From Proteromonas lacertae (lineage: Eukaryota), in contig NGBS01000612.1 in assembly GCA_002245135.1 (NCBI GenBank), positions 58,077-78,076 of the forward strand: a stretch of DNA of 20,000 nucleotides, written 5' to 3'. How positions within the stretch are numbered: position 1 is the first letter of the stretch; each line of letters starts with the position of its first letter. The notes under the pieces were generated by a model that had not been told where the DNA came from, made no database searches, and worked only from the letters and a program-made list of their open reading frames with translations. The translations under genes and the position numbers were made by a program. This document shows positions 12,031-20,000 of this stretch, in pieces.

Positions 12031-13027
12031 CTAAAAGATTAATGTATTTAAAACAATCTCTTTATAGATTTGAAAATAAATTTGAAGTATTACTTTATTT
12101 ATTGGATTATTTTCTATGCCATTTATTAACATTTTAATGTATTTACTCATCTCACACAACAATATCAATGTTCTTTTATATATACAAAAGTATTGATGTA
12201 TGATGTTATTCTCATTTGAAAAGAGAGATAACAATATTGAATTATTCTTATTATCATCAACTATATAATATATATATATACATATATATATACATGCAAA
12301 ATATGTTAAAAGGTAGAAACAATTCTTCTTCAATTCATTAAAATCATTTAATTTTATTATAAAATCTTTCATTTCATTATACTATATATTAACAACATTA
12401 ATAAGAGTAATAATATATACAAATAATGGTAAAGTATCATTTTGATACAATATAGTTAGTGTCTAGTAATGATAATGAATATATATTAGAAATATAGAAA
12501 TACATTTATTAATTCATTAACATTTGATTGAGATAATCTATTATTAGATTCTAGTTTCTGTGGATATTGACATGACAATAATGCTGTTATTTCATCAATT
12601 TGATTTTTATTTTCTATTAACATATTAACAGACATATTAGATTGAAGTGTAGCTAAAACTACTTGTTTAGATTTTAAATATTCCTTTTGATTTATTCTAC
12701 ATTGAATATTATTCTATGCATTTCATAATTTTAAATCATAATACAATTATTTCTGGATTTATTGGATATATTGGGGGAATATTTAACTGTTTTCTTAAAT
12801 TTTTATCTTGAACATTTGGAAATCCGCATATTCTGCAAACATTAAATGAATCAGCAAGTATTACAACAAAAGAATGGCATATATAGCAAGGGAACAAGTT
12901 ATTCTTACATAAAGGACTATATTATAAATAATTAGTTTCAATACCATGAATAGGTTACAATCTGATTAGTTTTATCCTCTATTAATGAATCATTAATCTC
13001 ATTCTCACAAGAAGGACAAATTACCAT
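12031..13027 (-). CDS. Hypothetical protein (~274 aa) with N-terminal double zinc-ribbon-like 4xCxxC region; six exons
   Basis: ATG at 13027. GT-AG introns at 12917-12944, 12714-12744, 12463-12503, 12382-12420 and 12261-12293 give an open 825-nt CDS beginning MVICPSCENEINDSLIEDKTNQIVTYSCPLCKNNLFPCYICHSFVVILADSFNVCRICGFP. It joins the 12031..12372 ORF in frame. Confidence 0.7.
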
Positions 13028-13119
13028 ACTGACTTATGTAATGTCATAGTTACCAAAAAACAAAAAATATAAAAATTACATCATTTCCACTGATTTATTT
13101 TTTATTAATTAGTTATATT

Positions 13120-14246
13120 TTAAATCCATGCAGGACGATGACCATATTCTTTATGTTGAATAAGTCTTCCATACATAATACTCATTTGTTCAAGGAATAC
13201 AAATGTAAGAATTGTATGTGGACCAACTCTGAGAAAATAAGGCATAAAACCTTTCCAAAATCCTAATACACCTTCATTCTTGAGTAAAGTAACAGCACAA
13301 TCAATTGGTCCTTTATATTGTCCTGGTTTCATTGTCTGTAAACGTGTCTTAACAGTATCAAGTGGTAATGACACAGCTGATGATATAAAACCAGCTGAAA
13401 GTGAAGCCATACCGTGTAAAAGTAAACAATCACTATTAATTGATTAATAATAATATATATATATATATATATATATTATATTATATTATATACTGTTTGA
13501 ATAATCGTAATTTCTTCCAAAAGAATTGTTTTGATTGACTATACATACCTAATTGTGCAGCATTGTGAACCATCGAACGTACAACTGTGGAACTTAAACC
13601 AGCAAATAATGTCTTGAATCCTTCTTCACGAATTATACGGACTAAAGCAGATATAGCATTTTTATAGTTTCTTCTTTGTTCTGGTGGTAAACGACCATCA
13701 GCAGACATACGAATTAACACCACTTCTCCTGGATTACCAACAAATGCACCTACTGCACCTGCAACTGTACCAACTGTTAATCGATCAAATATATTCATAT
13801 GTTTACCTTTAGCATTCTTCCTTTCTCTTTGTACTGCATATAAACTGTTGTATCTATACAAATGCATATAAATAGAATCATATATACACTCCCAATCGGG
13901 TTGTGGCATAAAGAATTTGTCTTAAAATACCACCGGTAAGACTATATATTAAAATTATATTCATTATAAAAAATACCCTCGATATAATCCTTGTCTACCT
14001 TCTTCCTTTGCGATCTTAGATAGTAGCTGAAACGAGCCTATTTTCTTGTTTCCTTTACCTCCCTCATTTCTATTTTATATCATTAAGATAAATTATACAT
14101 CAATTGCATACGAGTTTTGCAAAGATCAAGAGGATGGACAATCAAAGTTGCCATACATCCAGCAAGTCCACCAAATATAAACTTTGTCTATAACAAAATT
14201 AAAAAAGCAATAATACCCAGGTCGGGGTTTCAGAAACAGAAGACAT
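13120..14246 (-). CDS. Mitochondrial carrier family protein, 2-oxoglutarate/malate or dicarboxylate carrier-like (SLC25A11-type, ~312 aa); six exons
   Basis: Introns at 14188-14216, 14070-14098, 13942-13976, 13854-13887 and 13433-13493 give a 939-nt CDS. Three carrier repeats: PLDLCKTRMQ, PGEVVLIRM, PLDTVKTRLQ. OGC-type motifs: FIFGGLAG, LRQILYATTRLG, ADGRLPPEQRRNYKN, FWKGFMPYFLRVGPHTILTFVFLEQM. Confidence 0.93.
13454..13475. repeat. (AT)n microsatellite inside carrier intron 5
   Basis: Perfect TA run that enlarges this intron to 61 nt versus 29-35 nt for the other four. Similar TA runs at ~12268-12292 (intronic) and ~19781-19795. Confidence 0.8.
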
Positions 14247-14350
14247 CGTCAAAGAATGATTAAGATTTGTTGTTTAGGCTCGTTTAGTTTGAGTGTGTTT
14301 ATTTCTATTTGTAAAGTTTGTAGAGATTTAAGTTTCGTATTTCTATATAT

Positions 14351-14730
14351 GTATAACCGTAAGAATATCACTGTATGTGGGTAAACCGTACCAGACTATT
14401 CTTAGGTGCCTTCTACAGATAAGAATAAGCGATTTGAGTGTGAATTAGTTTTTGGTACGGGTTATACTGGAGCAAGTGGTGAATTTAAAATTGTGTATAT
14501 ATTTTAGTGTGTGAATAAATTTATGGGTTAAAATTTATTTTTATGTTTTTAATAGTTTTTAGCGTAGGATAGTAGAAATAATGTGTATAAATAGAAAGGT
14601 AGCTACCTGTTCTACCCCGGCAGGGTAGCTACTTTATATAATAAGAAATGTATTTCTATGTAAGTAAGTAGCGTGTCCTGTGTAGCCTAGCTAGGACTTA
14701 GTGATTAAATAGTGTGGTGGCCAAGCTACA
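14351..14730. other. Cluster of imperfect inverted repeats and palindromes at the host/virus boundary
   Basis: ccgtacca (14386-14393) pairs with tggtacgg (14453-14460), enclosing tattctta/taagaata (14397-14404/14420-14427). The palindrome gtagctac occurs twice (14599-14606, 14625-14632) as hairpin arms. The 10-bp palindrome cctagctagg is at 14686-14695. Confidence 0.6.
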
Positions 14731-14987
14731 GAATACGTTCTTACTTTTTTTGGTTATTTTTTTTCATTTATCAAATTAATAATGGATTTATATAGTGTAG
14801 TTAAAAACATTCAAAAGAATTTAAATAGTATCAAAAATATATATTTAAAGAATTATCTGCAGTATTCTATATTTTTTAATAAATCGAAATTCTGACGAGA
14901 AACTGTTGTTATAAACAGAAAAAAGAAACAGTTTTGATTTTCCTGGCATTTTTGAAAAAACCGTTTTTTATCAAAAAAATATAAAAT

Positions 14988-15467
14988 ATGTGTGCTTCAG
15001 TAAACTTTGCTTTCTTTTGTTCATTTAGAAATAATGAAGATTATTTAGATAAGTGTATATGTGGAACATGTAAGTTTTACTTATATTTTAACCATAATAT
15101 AAGTGCAGTTTTAGATAGTCCATTACCTAAGGAAGAGATAAAGTCTTATAATGAATTCTGTGCTATTTGTCATCAAAAGATGTGGACAAAGTACAGTGAT
15201 AAGAGATATTACATGATGCTTTTCGATATTAAACCATCAGTAAAACCAAGAGGATTAAATAGACATTATTTTGCAGTGTTTGATAAGTATATTGAATGGT
15301 TAACACTACCTGAAGGAATGGGAAGTGTTCATTTGAAGAAGAATCCTATGTTGAAACATTATGTAAAGAAGAATTATATATTTGATGATAGTGATGATGA
15401 TGAGGAAGAAGAAGCACAAGAAGAAGTTAAAGGAAACAATGATCAAACTACGATAAACATACTCTAA
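14988..15467 (+). CDS. Cys-rich hypothetical protein with acidic C-terminal tail (possibly viral)
   Basis: 159-aa ORF with CICGTC, CAICH and DDSDDDEEEE. The ataaaatATG start context is shared with the capsid gene. Possible in-frame 39-nt intron at 15070-15108 (GTAAGT...CAG). Confidence 0.55.
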   Translation: MCASVNFAFFCSFRNNEDYLDKCICGTCKFYLYFNHNISAVLDSPLPKEEIKSYNEFCAICHQKMWTKYSDKRYYMMLFDIKPSVKPRGLNRHYFAVFDKYIEWLTLPEGMGSVHLKKNPMLKHYVKKNYIFDDSDDDEEEEAQEEVKGNNDQTTINIL

Positions 15468-15602
15468 ATTTTAAAACGAATCTTTATCTTAAAATGATTT
15501 GGGACAGGGTTTAAAAATATGCGTAATTTAATAAAAATCATATAATATAATAAAAATATAATAAATTTTATAATAAACATAATAAAATAATCATAATAAA
15601 GA

Positions 15603-16433
15603 TTAAAATGGTTCTGTAACACCTGTATCCATCCACTCTGTTATAATAACTTGAGGTGGGAATGCTTGATATGAATATGCATCAAGACCTTTTCGTTCTA
15701 TATAAAGATTACATTTATTATTATTATTTCTTAATATAGGCCAAAAACATCCATAATCATTAATTGCAGGTTGTGAAGTTTCATTTATTACACCTTGTAT
15801 AGGGAAGTATATTCCATTACTACCATCTACAAAGTATGTTTCTAATAATTTGTTATAATATTGTTGCAATAAATCTTCTTTACCTGGTTCAGCTTTAATA
15901 ACATGATTGTCATCTAGATATAATATAAATCCATAACCATCATCATGATTTTTTAAAACAAGGCCATTGTATATCTTGATTCTCATAAAATGTTCAAACA
16001 TTTGAATTTTTATAGGTACTTTTACAGTAGATTCATATTGATTGATGGAACCATCTTGAAATATATAGAAATTAACTGACCAATATGTATATTCAGTATG
16101 CAATAATTTAGGTGATACAGAATTATTAACTATTGTAGTACTACCTCCAGAGCTATTATTTACAACATTATATATTTCTTGACATTTACCATATATAGTA
16201 TTTGTAGTAGTTTTGATATCATTAACAGGTGTAATAATATTATTTATTTGAGTATCAGTATGATTATTAATAGGTTTAACAATAGTATCAGGATCAGTAG
16301 GTTGTATATTTATTTTGTCAGCTATATCTTTAGCAAGCTTATCTGTATCAATATTTATATCTGAAGTATTTCGTTCCCCAATAAACATTTTTTGAATTAA
16401 TAAACAATAAAATAACAAAATTAATAAAAACAT
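15603..16433 (-). CDS. Hypothetical viral protein, possible fibre/spike or minor virion protein
   Basis: Open frame directly after the ATPase; start either at the TGATG overlap (16433) or at caaaaaATG (16388, MFIGER). N/T/D/I-rich N-terminal half, SSGGS linker, aromatic-rich C-terminal domain. Function inferred from context only. Confidence 0.55.
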   Translation of the reverse strand: MFLLILLFYCLLIQKMFIGERNTSDINIDTDKLAKDIADKINIQPTDPDTIVKPINNHTDTQINNIITPVNDIKTTTNTIYGKCQEIYNVVNNSSGGSTTIVNNSVSPKLLHTEYTYWSVNFYIFQDGSINQYESTVKVPIKIQMFEHFMRIKIYNGLVLKNHDDGYGFILYLDDNHVIKAEPGKEDLLQQYYNKLLETYFVDGSNGIYFPIQGVINETSQPAINDYGCFWPILRNNNNKCNLYIERKGLDAYSYQAFPPQVIITEWMDTGVTEPF

Positions 16434-17193
16434 CAAGAAACTTCAGAATGATCTTCAATCAAAATATTAAAGTTAGCTCTAAACACTTTTTTAACATTAT
16501 CAATATATAAGAAGTTATATTGTGGCTTAGTAACAGCTAAATATAACTCTTTAAATGTTTCATATTCAGGTATCCATATATTCAATGAGTTGTATAAGTC
16601 AAACAAATTTCTATTACTCAATCCATAAAATGTTAAACAATAATCTACTTGTGATCTTGCTGAAGGTACTATATCAGTAATATATTGACTACTAATTATA
16701 ATTTTTGATTTTAAATGTCTATTTTCTTTCATTAATACTGGTATGATATTAGCTGTTTTCAACTCTAAACTAAGATCATCAAATATTATAATATGTTCTG
16801 CATACTCAAAATTATCTTTGTTTGTATCATCAATTGATTTCATTAACTTCTCTACTAAATTATCTCCTGAATAAGGTTCAAATAATGAATCGTTTTCATC
16901 ATAACTAATTTCATTATAATCTAATAACTCTTTAATTGAATCATATATCCTATCTTGTTTAATTGTACCTACGAAAAAATGTACATGTTGTTTTTTCTTA
17001 TATTTTGGATCTATAATATGTCTTAATATATTGTATATCAAAGTAGTTTTCCCACTGTTCTTACGAGCTACAATAAATATATTGCAGAAAGGCTCATTAA
17101 AGTAATCATATCCAGAATTTTCTTAGGATCAAAAGACTCACCACCATCAACAGGTTCAATTTGTATATTATTTATTTTTTCAAATTTAAACAT
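16433..17193 (-). CDS. A32-like (FtsK/HerA superfamily) viral genome-packaging ATPase, one frameshift near 17115
   Basis: Walker A-like NIFIVARKNSGKTT at ~17042-17083, upstream of and in frame with the ORF-track start. Walker B HIIIFDDL. A32-type ENRHLKSKIIISSQY and ARSQVDY. ATG at 17193 (MFKFEKINNIQIEPVDGG) needs one extra base at ~17115 to join. Confidence 0.88.
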
Positions 17194-17263
17194 AGTGTGT
17201 GTATATATTATGTAGTGAGAAATCAAAAAATAAAAATAGAAGTCAATAATAAAGTATTATTAC

Positions 17264-18682
17264 TTATACTACCTTTTCAACACCTCTTGGTCCAATAATC
17301 AATTGTTTACCAGTAATTATGTAGAACTTATGATGAATTGTATATGGATTATGATTAGCATCAAATCGTTGATTTGAGCAATCCAAAGTAATTTTTAAAT
17401 CACTTGCTAAGTCTTTACCAGCTCTTAATTTTAATTCAGTTAATCGATCAGTACTGAAATTTAGAACATCAAAAAATGAATTGGGAAATGATAATGTATT
17501 ACATTTATCAAATATTGTATTTTGAATAATATTTCTCATATATTCCCATGTCTGATATTTTGCAGGATATAAATAATCAGGTGTATAAACGAAATCATTA
17601 ATTTGCCATCTTATTCTATCTTGATCTTGATCAAAAGGAATAGTATCTCTATTATATGCATCATTATAATATGCTCTGTATAATATATATTTAACATAAC
17701 TTCCTATGCTACTATTAATACTGAAGTTATAGTTAAAAGTATTACTACCTGGAATTGGATCTTTAGTGATTTGAACTATATTAAAGTCAGTAAAGTCAAT
17801 AGGATGATGAGTTGAATAATTAATGGTATTAGCATTACATGTTGGATCTTTATTGTAACAAATGTAAAGTCTAGGATTAATAATTTTCATTCCTACATGC
17901 TGTTGCCATGAATTAATCCAAACAGAACCATTGCTATGATGAATCCAATTCATTATAGGAGCAAATGTGAATTGAATATAAATGACTTCACCAAAATAAA
18001 TATCATTCTTCAAAGCTAATATGGTATTATAGAAATCTGCAAAATGAAATCTACAGTATAGTTTTCCATGTAATATATCTTCTGTTGTTCCCATTTCTTC
18101 CCAATAATTCCAAACACCTCCATTTGCATTTAAAGTAGAATTAGAATTACATATAGTTGTTTCAGCTATTTTATTATTTCTAATGCGTAAGCCATCAAAT
18201 AAATATTCATAATAATGATAATCTTTTATATCATAAGGATACTGGTTAGCAATTTGATGAGCTAAATCTCGATATTCATTATAACTACTATCTAAATCAC
18301 ATAGAAGTGTTCCAGTTTTATTGTATACTTTGATAGTTCCAAAATTCATTGAATTCCTTAAATTTATATGATCTAACATTTTACCAGTAGTAGAATCAGT
18401 TACAGGTGTAATAGGTAATTTCCATTGTCCTTTACCTGCATCTGCATGATCTCTTTTTTGACCTGTAGTATAATCTAATTCAAATTCAAAGTAACTTTTA
18501 GATAGATTAACACAATTATCACCAGATATTTCAAATGTAATAGCATCACTGTTTGAATTTAAAGATAAAACAGTCTCATTTCTGCTTTGGTTAGGTGTAA
18601 CTAAAATATGATTGTAGACAGGTATATAAGCTGGCACAATGCTTTCATGTTTTTGTGAATTAGGTACAGCAGTGATTGACAT
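17264..18682 (-). CDS. Putative double-jelly-roll major capsid protein (472 aa)
   Basis: Intact ORF of typical MCP size. N-terminal ITFEISGDNCVNLSKSYFEFEL and C-terminal KQLIIGPRGVEKV resemble PLV/virophage MCP strands. Beta-strand-like composition; located between penton-like and ATPase genes. Confidence 0.75.
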   Translation of the reverse strand: MSITAVPNSQKHESIVPAYIPVYNHILVTPNQSRNETVLSLNSNSDAITFEISGDNCVNLSKSYFEFELDYTTGQKRDHADAGKGQWKLPITPVTDSTTGKMLDHINLRNSMNFGTIKVYNKTGTLLCDLDSSYNEYRDLAHQIANQYPYDIKDYHYYEYLFDGLRIRNNKIAETTICNSNSTLNANGGVWNYWEEMGTTEDILHGKLYCRFHFADFYNTILALKNDIYFGEVIYIQFTFAPIMNWIHHSNGSVWINSWQQHVGMKIINPRLYICYNKDPTCNANTINYSTHHPIDFTDFNIVQITKDPIPGSNTFNYNFSINSSIGSYVKYILYRAYYNDAYNRDTIPFDQDQDRIRWQINDFVYTPDYLYPAKYQTWEYMRNIIQNTIFDKCNTLSFPNSFFDVLNFSTDRLTELKLRAGKDLASDLKITLDCSNQRFDANHNPYTIHHKFYIITGKQLIIGPRGVEKVV

Positions 18683-18736
18683 ATTTTATGTTATTTTTTA
18701 AAAATCAAAAAATGCTTAAAAATAGCAAGAAATTTA

Positions 18737-19709
18737 TTAATACAAAATAATCTCAAAATAAATAGGTAAGTTATTTAAATCAATTGCATAACCATCTTGT
18801 TGAGAGACTGATATATTCATTCGTTGATATTCGTGATATTGCATCTTTTTAGTTGTCCATTCAATTTGTGGATTAGTGAATGTAGTATAATCTGCATTTA
18901 TATCAGTTTACAGGTATATTTGCTAAAACCATTGAATTCTCACCACTATTAACCCAGTCACATCTAATTTGTATGAATGACACCCATAGTAAAGAAGGCT
19001 GATTTGGTAACAAATTAGAATAATAATTAAAATCTTTACTGAAATATGCATCACTTAAATGATTTGCATGATAAATTGATATACTTTTATTTATTTCATC
19101 TAAACCAAATAACTTATATGCTAAGTTAGGGAATTCCATACTAAAATCTGTAAAGTAATATTTTCCGAAATGAGTAATATAATTAAATTGTAACTTTAAT
19201 CTATTTTCTGAAGTTTTTTTCAAATTGAAGTACATCTGTTTGATCATCTACTTTATGAAATGGAAATCTATTTGCAAAATCTTCATCAGGTAATGGTACC
19301 ACTCCATTATCAAATGCATAAAAAGTAAAACTTAAGAGATTTCTAGCAAAATAATCTAATAATTCTTTTCCTGTATATTTTCTTTGAGGTATTTTAATAT
19401 CAATAGTTTTATTATAAGGTCCATTTTGGTTTCAGGGTATGCCCATTTTATTGGATTTGTTTCATCTGGATTAATGCAGCTATAATAAGTAAATTAAAGA
19501 GTATATGATCATTTACTTCATCTTGTACTGTATAAGAAGTTATTTGGAATAATGCAGTAATTAAACTCATATATTTGATATTTTTCAGTTATAGTTGGAG
19601 TATTAATACATCTTGTCCATCTATTTGAAAATTTTGAATCATAGTCTGATGTAGTTAAGAACAATGATCTTCTATTATTTATAACATTATTACTATCTTT
19701 AGGTTGCAT
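18737..19709 (-). pseudogene. Putative minor capsid (penton) gene, broken by about five single-base indels (pseudogene or sequence error)
   Basis: Fragments in successive frames: SLFLTTSDY...CIIPNNF, YTVQDEVNDHILF, IKIPQRKYTGKELL, IQIRCDWVNSGENSMVLANIPV, and NISVSQQDGYAIDLNNLPIYFEIILY* (stop 18737-18739). Frame changes at ~19534, ~19494, ~19425, ~19217 and ~18907. Confidence 0.7.
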
Positions 19710-19793
19710 TTATGATTTATAATTGTTGAGAAATATTAAAATATAATTTTATTTGAATTATTCTTTAATTTATATATCGTTATATATATATAT

Positions 19794-20000
19794 ATGCAAC
19801 CACAACCACAAGTTAACAATTCAAATGATGAGAAGATGAACCAACAGATGATGATTATGAATATGAAGAAGATGAAGATAAGTACCTATTGATATGAACA
19901 GAATAAGACATAGAAGAAGACATAGAAGGAATCAAGTCATACCATTTCAAGATATAAGCGAAGATGATTTGAATAACTATGTGAATCAAGAAGTGAAAAG
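19794..20000 (+). CDS. 5' part of a divergent, apparently frameshifted gene (acidic then Arg-rich), truncated by the window
   Basis: ATG at 19794 (MQPQPQVNNSND), then EDEPTDDDYEYEEDED in a second frame and VPIDMNRIRHRRRHRRNQVIPFQD in a third frame that stays open to base 20000. Confidence 0.4.

Larger units (their letters stand above)
14988..20000. mobile_element. Endogenous Polinton-like/virophage-like dsDNA viral element (virion morphogenesis module); left boundary probably within ~14250-14990, right end outside the window
   Basis: Co-oriented, tightly packed penton-like, major-capsid-like and A32-like ATPase genes without evident introns, adjacent to intron-rich host genes. Confidence 0.8.

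Noticed and set aside
14397..14427. U5 snRNA call
   Set aside because: Loop has a mismatch in the invariant nonamer, the closing pairs are absent and no clear Sm site follows; kept only as an unassigned structure.
16179..16364. 61-aa plus-strand ORF
   Set aside because: Antisense to the longer viral ORF; composition reflects AT bias.
1..20000. CRISPR array, rRNA, or bacterial origin of the whole window
   Set aside because: No spaced direct repeats or rRNA-like sequence; spliceosomal introns, COG5 and a mitochondrial carrier show a eukaryotic host.

Overview
Strongly AT-rich, gene-dense eukaryotic (protist-like) DNA. Most GT-AG introns are 28-41 nt, resembling Blastocystis/Opalinata (inference only). 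Three zones: (1) 1-8151 (-): an intronless, bacterial-style modular type I PKS, KSQ-AT(inactive)-ACP-KS-AT-DH-ER-KR, running off the window and broken by four single-base indels. (2) 8721-14246: four intron-containing host genes: COG5, a BTB/POZ protein, a multi-exon 4xCxxC zinc-ribbon protein largely missed by the ORF track, and a mitochondrial 2-oxoglutarate/malate-type carrier. (3) ~14350-20000: a hairpin-rich non-coding block, then an apparently intronless virion morphogenesis module of an endogenous Polinton-like/virophage-like dsDNA virus (penton-like minor capsid, double-jelly-roll-like major capsid, A32-like packaging ATPase, possible fibre) that probably continues past the window end. 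All calls come from reading motifs by eye; no database search was run.
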